From: Guillardia theta CCMP2712
Taxonomy: Eukaryota > Protista > Cryptophyta
Reading direction: 5' to 3'
DNA: 64,000 nucleotides
Assembly: GCF_000315625.1 (NCBI RefSeq)
Contig: NW_005434672.1
Coordinates: forward strand, 1 to 64,000
Part shown: positions 49,014 to 62,285 of the stretch, in pieces
How the letters are laid out: each line of letters begins with the position of its first letter
Numbering within the stretch: position 1 is the first letter of the stretch
Notes under the pieces: generated by a model
Databases searched by the model: none
Told to the model about the DNA's origin: nothing
The model's input: the letters and a program-made list of their open reading frames with translations, nothing else
Made by a program: the position numbers and the translations under genes

Positions 49014-50800
49014 ATGCCCACGGTAGGCGAGCAATATCCAACAGGAGCCACACACGATCTGTCCGGTTGGAAACATGCAAAGGAGAAGAAAGTGGTTCCA
49101 GATGCCAAACCAGTGCTGCAGGAGGTGAACGAGGCTGAATGGCAACACACGATGATGTTCCTAAGATCGGGCAGCCATGGCAAGAAAGAGGAGGAGAAGC
49201 AGCTGGAAATCAAGGGGTCATGGAAGTCCATCCACGACTATGCCCGGGACAACGACGGCAAGCGCCTTGCAGACGCTGTGGAAGGAAGAAACGGCGCGAT
49301 CCTTTCCTCCATAGACGCCCAGACAGACACGGGATGGAGTGCACTGCACGTGGCGGCCATGCACAAAAGCGCGCTAGCAACGGCGTCAGCCATCGAGCTG
49401 CGGGGAGATATCTTCCTGCAGGACTGCACCGGGCGATCGCCCCTGCATGACGCCGCGGCAAACAATGCAGTCGAGGTCTTGTCGCATCTCGTCGCTAAGG
49501 CGAAGAGAGGAAACCTTCAGGCTCGGGACAAGCTTGGTAACACCCCCCTGCATGCAGCTGCGAGAGCAGGGGCGTGGGATGCTTGCAGGTATCTGCTCGC
49601 TGCAGGAGCAGACAGCAAGGTAGCCAACGCAAGAGGACACACTCCACAAGACAGCGCGACCACTCCGAAATTTGCAGCAGCCAACGAGATCGTGGTAAGG
49701 GGAGAGAAGACTATAAGAAGAGGAGTAACGGGGTTAACAGACGTCGTCACTGCAGATCTTTCAGACTTTCAATCGCCGACAGGTTCCCCTGCAGTACATC
49801 CCTCTAGTAGTTCGAGCTGATGTCCTCCTTTCAGACTCGGCCGAGGTTAGCTCGCATGCTCTGCAGCATGAAGCCGACCTTTGGCACTTACCCCATGAAG
49901 TTGGAACATCACATTCAGCTATCTTTGAATTTCGATCTGAACTTTCAAATGGGTAGTTGCATGCCGTGATGGTCATGCAGCGCTGAGTCAGAACTTGTTT
50001 CCTCTCAGGCCCCAACACGTGCATGGCAAACGCAAAGTGGGATGAGACTTTGCGATCGCCACAGCACATGGGCAAGTATGGGTTACGGGGGAACGAAGAC
50101 AAAGTCAAGCTCCAGCAATGTGTAAGAACTTAGCGCTGTTGTGACTTGCCTGCTTGCCTGTGAGCTTCGATGGTCCTCTCTTGACTGCTGCTAAAGGTTG
50201 TTGTCTCAAGAAATCAGTTTCCTTCCCTCGCAGAGATGGGATTGAAGAATTCTACACCCCAACAGCGCCGACGAGTCATCAAGGAGACCTTTGGCTCGGA
50301 TGGTGAAAATAATGCAACTCTGGATGCAAACTCCGTGAAAATGCTGTTGAAAACATGCAAGATCGAGGTATGAGAGCTAGTCGCTTGTGAGAGCGAGCCT
50401 GGCCGAAGCTGTTCGCTCATGACGAGACTCAAAAACCAGGTCGATGACATGTCAAGAAAATTTGCGTCAATGGTGTGGAACAAAGTTTGGTCAGAGAAAA
50501 AGAATCAGGTGCTGCAGATGTTTGCATCTCATTTGCTACCCCCAACATCATCTCCTTCACCATCACATGCTACTCTTTTCTTCGTCATCTCCACCTTTAC
50601 TCGATTTCAAAGTTAGAATCATGCACCTTTTTTGGTTTCGTCTGGCACAGCACATTTGATAGTTGCATTCATATGTATTGACAATTGTTGCTCGCTATTC
50701 TGACATGTCTGTCTCTGATCTCTCTTCTGACATGCCTCTTCTTTTCTGTCGTCGATGCATCAGGTCCCTTCGCTAGACTTCGCACCAGACGCGCGAGAGA
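49014..50800 (+). CDS. Ankyrin-repeat protein (3-4 repeats in the first exon; 3' exons and end uncertain)
   Basis: GWSALHVAA, GRSPLHDAA, GNTPLHAAA, GHTP; donor GTAAGG at ~49695. Confidence 0.8.
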
Positions 50801-50989
50801 TGTAAGCGAATCGCCAGTCTGATGCGTTTCTGACCATGCTTTCGAAGGGAATGGCGAAATGCGCTAGTCAGATTTGAACTGCTTACATAAAATAGCTGGT
50901 TGTTTTGACATGGGATCCAGCTTGATTGCATCGAAGATTTGCACTTTCTGGATTGCAACTGGGCCATAAAGATGCAAGAAGAGGAAGGC

Positions 50990-51850
50990 AGTGAAGGTCA
51001 GAAACGTTTCTGATCAGGGGTGAAGCAGTAATGCTCTAATCAGGCAGAAATCGTTTGAGTTATCCTCGCTTCGAGCTTGCTGCGCCCGCACTCAAACAAG
51101 TTTTCTCCTGTGTTTCTTCATATCTCACCTGAGCATTCCTCCTTCAGTTCATCATGTTGAGAAAGCATGGTGAAGAACCTCCGGCAGGTAAACCTGTATC
51201 CTCTTCATTCATGGTTTGATATGTCGCTCGTACAAGACATCTCTGCCATTCCCCTCTGGGAGCTCGGTTTGACAGACATCGAGGTATCTTGAAGATGATG
51301 TTGCTGCTGCGAGCTTGACTCTTGTTGTTGAGGATCTTCTTGACCACTTGGAGCTCCGCGATCTTGATGAGAACAAGTACATGAACATGTTCCCGACGAG
51401 TCTTGACCTGCGTCAAGTTCGATTGAAGGTGTTGTGACCTGTCTCGTGCTCCCTCACAAACATCACTGTCATTCTCTCTTGTCTTTTCGTGCTTCTCCTC
51501 AGCAGCTGCATCATTTTCTTTGTTTCAACCCAGTCGATCGTGATGGTCAATAGCACTTTCCATATGAGAAGGGCGAAGACGATGTGATGATAGTGACAGG
51601 CGATGGACGGACAGTACAGAGACATTCAACAATTCATGACTGACGTCCTCAAGGTTTGAAAGTTTTGTGATCAGTGCTTGTCCTGTTGCGCTTGGCATCA
51701 GCGATATCCTGTTGCTGCTATTGACAACAAATTCTCTATTCAGGTTGGTTTTGAGAGAATGGCGTTTGAGTGGGAAGTACGAAGTGACTGCAGGGAGACG
51801 TATGAGGTGAGCAGAAGAAATGACTGACATGTTTAATTTCTCCATGTGAC
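50990..51850 (-). CDS. Probable multi-exon hypothetical gene
   Basis: Coding-like fragments in ORFs 51144-51416, 51413-51625 and 51525-51845; structure unresolved. Confidence 0.3.
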
Positions 51851-52079
51851 TTCTGACATGTATTCGTGTGTTTGATTTCTCTTGTTCTTTCTATACAACT
51901 TCATGCAAAGTGGTGCACTTCTGATCTATCTCTTTCCCACCCTTGTGAAACACCACACACTTTGAGTTGTTCATTCAATCATCTCAAACAGCAATATCAT
52001 CATAGCTGCTGCACCATCTGAATTGTTGAGCTTCCACCTTTCAGGCGTCTTTCAAGTTTTGCTCTTCCGTCGTTCATTA

Positions 52080-55000
52080 CATGGTATGATAACCCTGCAA
52101 GCATGATTGAACTCACTCCCCTTCTCTCGCAAGATTCACAAGCATGATCACCTACAAAAAGTCTTCACAGCAGCGTTTGACGCGGAGGAGCAGGTGAAGA
52201 GAGCGTTTTCATCGTCATGTTTTCTCATCTCATCATCTTCAGGCTGTCAAAGACACCATCATGCTGCAGGTGGAAGGAGAAACCATTGTCCTCAAACCTC
52301 GTTGACCTCGTGTCTCCCTCGTCCTTGCCCTGATTTCTTCCTTGGTCTTCATCTCCTCCTCTGAAACGATTCTCTCCCTTCGTCTCCCCCCCCCTCCCCT
52401 TCTTCCCTTCCCTCCACTTTCTTCCCCCTCCTCCCTCCTCCTCCTCTCTCCCCTCCTCCCTCCTCTTCCTCCCTCCTCCTCCTCTCTCCTGTCTTGCCCG
52501 CAGGCGGAGGAAGGGCTCAAGGCTCTCGTCGGCTCGCAGCTGCGGCCTGGCAAGAAGCTCGAGGCCTTCACTGAAAGAGCTGCCAAGAGTCCTGGGCTAA
52601 TCGACCAGCTCATACAGGTGAGAGAAGGATAGGAAAGAGAACGCGAGAGAGGAAGGGAGGAGGAGGAGGAGGAGGAGAAGAAGAAAAGGTAAGTCAGGCA
52701 GAGGAGGAGGAACAGGAAGAAGCAGGAGAGGTAATGATGCTGGTGCTGGTATTGGAGGAAGAGGACTGCACACACTGAAGAGGAACTGAGAGGAATGAAG
52801 AGGAGGATGTAAGTGTGGGTACGGTGCTGCAGGCGGGGGAGCGATGGAACATCGAAGAGCAGGAGCTGGGAGAGCTTGAGGTTTACGCTGCTGCAATCGG
52901 AGACCGAGCATACACTATGATCCCTGTAACTGTTCTTCTCCTCGTCCTCCTCGTCCTCTTCATGTTCGACCATCACTTGGCTGACCTGCTCTTGCCATTC
53001 TCGCGCTTCTTTCTTTTCCGCTTTCCTGTCCAGTCCTGTCCTGTCCTGTTCTCTGCCTCCTCTCCCTTGCTCTCCCCTTTCTCCCTCCTCTCCCTCTGTC
53101 GTCACCCCCTCCCTGAATTGCCTTCAGAGCGATGAAGCTGATCCTTCGAGCCCGAAAGTTCGCGGGCCCATGCTCATCCCCTCCAAGATTGAAGCGCTTC
53201 GAGTGCAGGTGACCTCCCTTCTCTCTTTCTTCCCTCTCCACCTCTCCATCTCCTCCTGTTCCTCTCCCGCTCTCTCCTCTCTCCTTTCTTCCTCTCTCAT
53301 CCTCTCCTCTCTCCTCATCTCTCCTCTCCTCCTCCGCATCTCTCCTCTCCTCCTCCTCATCTCTCCTCTCCTCCTCCTCATCTCTCCTCTCCTCCTCCAC
53401 CTCCTCTTTCCTCCTCTCTCCTCCTCTCTCCTCCTTTCCTCCTCTTCTAGCCGCCCCTTCTCTTGTTCTCTCTCACTCTTCGTTCAGGACCTGATCCTTG
53501 TCCTTCGATCCGTGGCTGCTGGTCGGACTTGCCGTCTCAACTTTCAAGAAGGAACGATCGAGTAATCTCCTCCTTACCATTTCTGCTTTCTCCCTGCTTC
53601 TCTCACTCCGTCTTCACGTCCTCCCCCCGTCGACTGATTAAAGAAGCAGCAGCGTTGAATCAGCAGCGAGCTCCGACTTGCAGGAGCTGCTGCTGGCAGC
53701 CCGAGGACAGCGCCTGCTGCTCTTTCAGCACCTGATGCCTGACGGGAGGAAGCGAACGGAGTGGCAGGAGGCGCTGAGCGAGCTCTATGTCCTTGTGCAG
53801 GTGAAGGAGCTCAAAGTTTGGAGGAGAGGAGGGGAGGAGGAGAGGAGGGGAGGAGGAGAGGAGGAGAGGGTGAGTTCTTGAAAGGAGGAGAGGAGGAGAG
53901 GAGGAGAGGAGGAGAGGAGGAGAGGAGGAGAGGAGAGGAGGAGAGGAGAGGAGGAGAGGAGGAGGGGAGGGGAGGAGGAGGAGCAGAGTCAAGAGGACTG
54001 AAGACTGAGGGTGGAGAGAGAAGGAGGTTGTTGGAAGGAGCAGGAAAGAGTACAGGAGAGAGACAGTAGGAGGAAGACTGTAGAAGTTCAGATGAACCTC
54101 TGAAATCATGACAAGGAGGGGAGGGGGGATGTTGGAGAGTGCGAGGAGGAGGAGGAGGAGGAGGAGGAGGAGGAAGTGGCCTTTGAAGACGCTGGCAGAT
54201 GAAAGACTCTAAGAGATTGTTCATGAGCAACGTTGACTTCGATAGATACGGTAGAATCAAGAAGGTTGTCTTGTCGTTCTTTTCCATCAACGTCTTCTGA
54301 ATTTCTCCTGCTCTTGCCCTCATCTTTCTCTTCCTCGATTTCATCATCCTCCTCCTCCTCCTTTCTGACGTTTCAGTCGCCTGTCGCTCCTCCTGTCTTT
54401 GAGGAGCCTCTGAGCATTCGAGTGCCAAGCAAGCACAAAAATTTCGATCGCAGGTGACTTCCCTCGTACCAGCATCCTTTCTTCTCCTCGCTCTTTCCTT
54501 CTACTGCCATCTCCCTCTCCCTCTTTCTGTCCTTCTGGTTCCCTCTCCTCCTCTTCCTCTTCCTCCTCCTTCTGTTCCCCCTCCTCCCTCTCCTCCTTCA
54601 TCCTCTTTCATCCTCCTTCTTCCTCTTCCTTCTCTCGCCTCTCAGACCTCTCAGGGATCGTGCGACTTCTCGGGTGGCTGGAGGGGAGGAGCGACTTCTT
54701 GCTCCAGCTGGCGTCGCTTCATGGCCAAGGGACATGTCAAAGATCGAGGAGAAAATCACGCAAGAACTCTATCCTATAATAGATGGCATGCAGCTAGACG
54801 TGTTTCTCATCGTTCTGAATGCGTTGCTAAGGTCTGTCTTGTCTTGTCTTGTCTTGTCTTGTCTTGTCTTGTCTTGTCTTGTCTTGTCTTGTCTTGTCTT
54901 GTCTTGTCTTGTCTTGTCTTGTCTTGTCTTGTCTTGTCTTGTCTTGTCTTGTCTTGTCTTGTCTTGTCACGAACTCTCTTCTGCTTCTTCGCTCAAAGCT

Positions 55001-58000
55001 AACGGGCCAGCAGTGAAAGGAGTGGGAGGGACGCCATGAAGTCGATCTGCGACGCGAGAGGACGAGACTTCGGGGGGCAGGTCAGCCAGCAAGGCTTTTG
55101 TCACCTCTGTGAGCCTTCAGCAGGAGCCCGAGCTGCTTCCTCCTGCCATGCCTGCTCGGCTCTGGATGGAGGAGGAGGGTCGGATCGGCGTCGGGCTGCG
55201 AGCTCTAGCATGGATCAAGCTCTGTTGGACCCCCTCGAACTTCCTCGGTAAGAGCCCAGCTGGCATTGAGCTGCACCCTGCTGGTCACCACCTGCTGACG
55301 TCATCACAGGCGGGTGGAGTAGCGTGACAGACCGGAGGAAGAGTTTGCGGCCCATGAGCGCTCCGAGCATGGAGTATGAGCTTAAGATCCAGCCCCTCCC
55401 CTTCCCCAAGCCCTTCGAGGTCCTCTCATCCCTACGACAACCCCAGCTGTGACCCAGCTCGCAGGGATGTCACTGCAGGTGTGACGACCACTCTTCCTTC
55501 CTTCTGCAGACTACTGGGGTTGAGAAGAAACCAGGTCCAGCAGCCCCTAGCGGCTTCGATTTGACCCTGGAGCAGGTGCCAGCGGGTCGGTCAAGATGGA
55601 GACTGTCAACGTCTGTCTTGTTGGCAACTTTGCGGGGAGTCTGACGGCTGACCAGCTCACGAAGTGCGCGAAGCTAATCCAGAACCTCCAGCCGGCGCAC
55701 CAGTACGAGGTCAAAATCCGCTCCTTCATCAGGCGACCCAAGAGCGGCGAGAAGGTCTGAGCTGAGAAATCTTCCGCCCCTGCTCCTCCCCCCCCTTTGC
55801 AGCTGGACTTCTTCCATTCTGCCCTCCAACTGCTCTCGTCTTTGATCGCTTCTCAGCTTCATGGGACTTGGAGTGAGGGCGTCAAGCTCAGCACCCGCCC
55901 AGCTCCTCCCGCCGCCCCGTCCAACCTGCGATGCTCGAGAGTGACTGAGGAGGTGGCGGAGCTGCAGTGGGAGGAGCCGCGGCTGAAGCACGGAGCTGAT
56001 CTCATCGACTTCGAGGTCTGTCTGCTGGCTGCCAGCTGGTCTAATCCCGTTGTCCTGGTGTCTCGCGGTGTCAACTAGTTTGCGGCCTCCTGTGACTCTT
56101 GAGCCGAGCAGGTGGTGTACAGAGTGATTTCGATCGAAGACAACCCGATCCCAGCTCGGGGTGAGCTGGAAGGATCGAGCTTCATGAAGCGCCTGCAGGT
56201 TCTTGTCACCACCTCCTGCTCTCCTCTCTCCCCCGCAGTGACTCCCCAGCAGCAAACCTACCAAGACGCGAAGCTCTGGTCGAGCAGCAGCAGGAAGGGC
56301 TCGATGTGGTCGGAGGCCTTCGTCCTCGGCCCCTTCCTCCCTTCCTCGGAGATTCAGTGCAAAGTTCGCGCCAGGAGCTCCAGCGGGTGGGGAGAGTTCA
56401 CCGAGACCCTCTGCTTCATCACTAGCGACGCTCTTCCTAGTCCTCCGCTGAATGTCAGCATGGAAGCGACGGCAGCGGAGAGGGAGGAAGAGGGCAGGCG
56501 CTCGCGACCGCTCGTGAGCTGCAGGATACGCTGGTCCCCTCCTGCGTTCCTGCACTGCCGCTCGGGGATCAGCAAGTATGAGGTAGCAAGAGGAGAGAGC
56601 AGGAGAGGGAAGGGGAGGTGGGGAGAGGAGAATGAGGGGGGAGGGGAAGAGGAGCGGGGAGAGGAGAATGAAGGGGGAGGGGAAGAGGAGCGGGGAGAGG
56701 AAGGGAGCAGGTCTGAGAAGCAGCTGCAGGTCAAAGTTTGTGAGCGCTACAAGAATCGATGCGAGGAGGAGTCAAGCTCCCTGCAGACCCGCGAGTGGGT
56801 GCACGAGATTCAGCTCCAGCCTCCTCCGCAGGACCAGGAGAACTCTCTTCCCCCTCCCCCTCCCCCTCCTCTTCCTCGCGACTACGAGTTCGAGGAGCTG
56901 TTCCGTACCCAATGCATGACCCAAGAGGAGAGAAACGCTTTGGCGTTGGCAGAAGCGAACGAGGAGGAGGAGGAGGAGAAGGGGAAACAAACGGATGACA
57001 GCAAGTGTGAAGCTTCGTCCCCGATTTCCAGAGGTTTCAAAGGAGCTGAGGGGGAGCAACAGCTGCTACTCGAAGGGTTCAAACCTGGTTCAAAGATTAC
57101 TGCGAAAGTTCGATGCTTCAATGTGGTAATGCTCCCTCTCTCTCCCTCTCCCCCTCCGCCCCCCCCTCCTCCCTCTCTCTCTCCCCCCCGCCCCCCTCTC
57201 TCCCCCTCTCCCTCTCCCTCCCCCACACCCCCCCTCTCTCTCCCTCTGTCCCTGTCTCCCTGTCTCTTCGTTGTTCACATGAATGCAGGTAGGAGCCAGC
57301 GACTGGTCGGAGGAGGTGGAGGTTTACCTTGCGTCATCCTTTCCTGCTCCTCCTCTCAATGTTCGCGCCATGGCTCCAACTTTCAATACTCTGGTGGTGG
57401 GTTGGGATGTGCCTCGGACAGACCATGGCAGCTCCATCACCTTCTATGAGGTCTCTTTCTCCTGCTCGCGTCCTCCTCCTGATCCCGCTCCTCCCGCTCC
57501 TGCTCCTTCCTATCCTGCTCTCTTCGGTACATCGTTTCCTGCTTTCCCCTTCTCTGCCTCCCCTCCTCCTTCACTTCTCCTCCTAGTGGCCTTGGCGTCA
57601 TCTCAGCTCGGCTCTCATACCTCCTGGTCAGGTTTGCCTCCTCCTAGACGGTCGGCAAGTGATCAAACGTGTCAACGGACGCATCAACGGCGTCAAGATC
57701 GCAGGGCTCGCGACATCTCGACAGATCACAGAGGTCTTCTTTCCCTGCTTCCTCCTCCTCTGCTTCTTCCTCCTTTTTCCTCCTCCTCTGCTTCTTCCTC
57801 CTTTTTCCTCCTCCTCTGCTTCTTCCTCCTTTTCCTCCTCCTCTGCTTCTTCCTCCTTTTCCCTCCTCCTCTGCTTCTTCCTCCTTTTTCCTCCTCCGAT
57901 GCCTTCTCCCCTCTTCCTTACTTCCATCACCAGTCCTCCTCCCTCCTCTTCTTGTATCCTCCTCTTCTTGTATCCTGCTTGTCTCCTCTCCTTGTTCCTT

Positions 58001-58122
58001 CTCGTTCCTCACACGGACTTGCGCAGCTTGTGGTCTACAGCATTAATGCTGTCGGCATTTCGCTTCCCAGTCATCCACCCCTCTCCCTCACTCTCCCCCC
58101 TGTTCCTAAATCTGCTTCCTGA
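52080..58122 (+). CDS. Large multi-exon fibronectin type III repeat protein (5' end approximate)
   Basis: NLQPAHQYEVKIRSF, PAAPSNLRC..LQWEEP, VRARSSSGWGEF, PSPPLNV..IRWSPP, PAPPLNVRA..VGWDVP, VYSINAVGIS. Confidence 0.8.
54833..54967. repeat. (GTCTT)n microsatellite, intronic
   Basis: Directly visible. Confidence 0.95.
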
Positions 58123-58260
58123 TCCTCCCTGACGCTCCAACTCCCTCCCTCACGCCTTGATGCTCCTGCTCCTGCTCCTGCTCCTGTTCCTGTTCCGTCC
58201 TGAAATTCTCAAATCCCGTCTCTTATCGCACATGTCAACTATGTTTCATTCTTCGAGTGA

Positions 58261-60984
58261 TTAAAGGAAAAACATATCCCAGCTTGTGACATCTCCGGAA
58301 GCATTCTGTCGCTTCAGCAAATCCCCACCCCCTCGCAAACAGCAGCGCTGCCTTCTGCTATCTGAAACCTGCTCCTCCTCCAAAGCGGCTTCTCGCCACC
58401 TAGACGAGGGTGAGAAAGCAACGAGAGGCGACGGTGCTGTTAGCAAGGAGTGCTAGCGAGAGAGAGGGCAATAGATAGAGGAACAGGGGAGGGGATGAGT
58501 CAGGAGGGAGGACGGGAGTGACCTCCGTGGTATGAGAGGTGAATCTCTTGATGTACTTCTTCAACCAGTTTCCAGGCCTTTTCATGCCATCAGCAGGAGG
58601 AGGCGGAGGCAGAGAGGAGGGCGACTTACCTGAAGACCGTCCACCACCAGTAGAGGCCCGTGAAAACAGCTCCTGTCAACAGCACTCCGAAGCACGTGAT
58701 GGTCGTGATCTGCTCTTCGTTGTCATCATCCTTGCCTTCACCCTTACCTCCTTTTTCTCCTCCTCGATCTTCTCCCCTTATCATTGGTACCTCTTCATTT
58801 TCTTCCTCCTTGTCCTTCTTAGCCACTGCCTTCTCATACTGTGCCTTCCTCCTCTCTCCTCTCCATCATTTTCTCTCTCACTCCTCAACATCCTTGTCTC
58901 CCTCCTCCATTTTTCACACACTCACCATGATCGCCTGCACCGCACTCGACGCGACGAGAGAGGGAGCGACGCCGACGGCGCTGATGGCCGCGTTCTTCTG
59001 TACCCAAGAAGTTGCCATGGGGACAATGTCTTTGACCACTTCGATGAGGATCTCAACAGTGATGAGGAAGATGATGATTTCCTCCAGTCTGCTCGCATGC
59101 TTGTTCTGCAACTCGTCCGAGAGAAGGCTGCAAAGGCGATCAATATCAAAATGGTCTTGTTTTTGACATGATTCAATACATCATCATCATCATCGTCTTC
59201 GTCATCATCTCCATCATCATCGTCATCATCACCATGATCGTCATCGCAACAAACCAGCAAACTCATCAGACCTCAGCAGCTCTCTCACGACATCGACGCG
59301 GCTGTTCAGAAGCTCGACGCGCGGGCTGAGCTCGAGGTACTTGTTAACGAGCCGGTAGAGGGGATCCAGGTCTGGATTCTCCCAGCACACGTCGGGAGTG
59401 TCAAGAACGTCAGCGTACAGGTAGATAGTGTGGCGGTCGAGGATGAGGCGACCGTAGGTGCGGGCAATGTCCCTCTGACAGAAACAGCGTGAGTCAATGC
59501 TGTTAGGAGAATGGGGATGAAGAGGAGGAGGAGGAGGAGGAGGAGGAGCTGACCTGACTCTGGCTGACAATGTCGCCCTTGGCTGCCAGCTCTGCTGCAA
59601 GGCCTCGTGTGTCTTCGATGGACTGCTGCACAGACTCTGCGAACGCGGCGAGCCGGGAAGACTGAGCGAAGCCGTGGGAAGCTGCCAACTTCTCGAGAAC
59701 AGATCGCTCGAGATCTTCGGTCCTGCCAAGAAAGCGATGAGAAAACTTCACAAGGTGTTTACAACATCATCTCATTCATCTCTTACAGCATCATCTCATT
59801 CATCTCTTACAACATCATCTCATTCATCTCTTACAACATCATCTCGTTCATCTCTTACACCATCATCTCATTCATCTCTTACAACATCGTCTCATTCATC
59901 TCTTACAACATCGTCTCATTCATCTCTTACAACATCATCTCGTTCATCTCTTACAACATCATCTCATTCATCTCTTACAACATCATCTCATTCATCTCTT
60001 ACAACATCATCTCATTCATCTCTTACAACATCATCTCATTCATCTCTTACAACATCATCTCATTCATCTCTTACACCATCATCTAGCTCATCTCTCACAG
60101 TATCTCTGGCAACATCGACCCCTTGCCTCTTACCGTTTGCTGGGCCGTGTGGTCAGGATCAGTTGGTCCTCGCTGAAAACGTAATCGAAACCCTCCCCAT
60201 AGGTGTAGGAGAAGTGATCTTCTTCAGGCTCTACGTATCCCTGTACCTCACAGAACCTCAGCACAGTGAGCAGCTCGAGCTCCTGCTCCTCGTCCAGCCC
60301 CCAGCACACCACAACGCCATACGGAAATATGAACGCGTCCCCCTCCCCTTCGTACGTTGACTCCCCGCTGTCCTGATCGAAGCGGGAGCCCGTTCGCACG
60401 TGCAGCACCTTCCCTTCCTCCATGAACTTGGCGTTGCCTCTGCTCCACACACGCAGACGTCGAAATGCGTGCGGCATGTCGAACTCCTCGGCAGTGCAGA
60501 AGGTGTTGATTGTTCCCACGAAGTCCTCGTACTCAGCCTTTGCTTGGTTCAACGCTCTGTACTTCTTCAGCAACGTCTTCCTCCGGCGCAGGGTGGCCAT
60601 CATCTTCTTGTTGATGTCTTGCAGCTCGTCTTTGATGTTCGCCAGCTTCATGTCGCTCTCTGCTTGGTCTAGATCCAGGGAGGCAGCAGCTTCAAGCGAG
60701 GTGGGCTTCCTTGACGGCTCAGCATCCTGATTTTTGACCATTCTTTCACCATCTTGATCTTTCATCTTCACACAGGTTTGAGGCAGTATGGCTGGTCTGC
60801 TGTAAGCAGGTGCGCTCCACGACACTCGTTGGTTTTTGTACAATGCCCTGAGACTCGGCCGCCACGAAGGAATCATGCTCATGGTTGGGAAAAGAGAGGG
60901 AGCGAAACACACAACATTCTCAAAAAACAGAATTAGAAAAACGCAAGCGCGGAAGGTAAAGCCGAATAGCTGATGAGAAGTCAT
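58261..60984 (-). CDS. DUF155 / RMD1-RMND1-Sif2 family membrane protein with bipartite plastid leader
   Basis: FCTAEEFD, FIFPYGVVVCWG, KLAASHGFAQSSRL, LDTPDVCWE..LY..YLEL..RVELLNSR, HASRLEEIIIFLITVEI; leader ..FLILFFENVVC-FAP. Confidence 0.88.
59760..60083. repeat. 24-bp minisatellite (TACAACATCATCTCATTCATCTCT) x ~13, intronic
   Basis: Directly visible. Confidence 0.95.
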
Positions 60985-62285
60985 CTCCTCGATGCAGAAA
61001 GTCCTTCCTGACCAAGGAAACTCAGTCATTTCAGCACCCCCTGCATACCCTCGAGATGGTGGGCACGGCAGTGCGACCTCTTTTTCAGCTCAGCATGCGA
61101 GTTTTTGCAATCGTGCCTACCTTTCCACATCCAATCTACAAGAGGCGATGCTCTTCTCACCTCATACCTATCCTCTCCCGACTCTGCTCCCGCATGAAAA
61201 AAAACTTGTTTCCCTTTTTGGGTTCAACCATGCTAGACGCTCGCATCTCGAGCATCCATGACCGGATCCTCAAACCCAAGGGATTACATTCGGTTCTTAT
61301 CTCCTGTCCTCCTTCACTTTGTCTGTTTCCTTTCTTCATCGCCCCCCTGCCTCGCGCTCCCTTGGACCACCTCGGCCGCTGCCTGCATTGCTAACCTTTG
61401 CCGACCACCCCACCATGTAGGATAGAGATCTTCAATATCACCCCACCCTATCAAAAGCATTCTATGCTGTCTCACCCTCCTGTAAATACAGTACAGTACG
61501 GTTTCTGATACTAATTAACAGTACTACCCTACCCACTTTGCGGGTTCTGTGGTACCCCACCCCTCGTGTTGACGCTACCAACCCCCCTTCCATTCCCTAA
61601 TAGGTAGCAGGGGAATCAATGGGGGATTTCTTTGTGAACTTTGAGACTTTGAGACTTTGAGACTCTGGGCGTTACCAGAAACTTCAGACTGAAACTTTTA
61701 TATTAACTGAAAGTGTCGTACTGTTGCGGTGGCATGCAGGAAGCGGCGGCTATAGGGGAAGTAGTGCATCTCAGACGGAGGAGGAGGAGGAGGAGGAGGT
61801 CGGAAAGAGAAGAAACATCAAGGAAGGAGCTTTCCAAGAAGAAGCTAGAAGCTGTCTGTATCAACTCTTCTAGTGCAGCTCCTAGTGGTGAATTTGCAGC
61901 CGTTTGATATCGAATACTGGTTGTCAGAACTAGTTCTTGGATATAGAGACGACGTGCGTGTAGCATAATCTTTGTCCGGCATCTTTGTTTTGGTATTCAG
62001 CGTCTTTTATTGTTGCAGTTTTTAGCTCTCTTGAGGTGGTTTCTTACGCCATGACAAACTGCAACGCCACTGAATGACTAGGGGTCAATCATACTTTGGT
62101 TGAATCACACGCACACGACTGAAGGTCCAAACTTTTAAATGGCAGCTTGTTGTCTTGTTTAGAGCTCAGATGAGATCTCGAATACTGTGCTGTCACTTGA
62201 GGGAGAGGAGCTTGAAGAAGAGAATTCATTTCTGCGAATTTGAAAGCGAATCTGCATGAATTTGATTTTATTCTTTTGGAACAGG

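Noticed and set aside
59607-60360. YNIISFIS / SSHSSLTT repeat proteins
   Set aside because: 24-bp minisatellite inside an intron of the minus-strand DUF155 gene
61713-61966. Short ORFs upstream of YKT6
   Set aside because: Driven by a GAG repeat; no homology recognised; may be UTR
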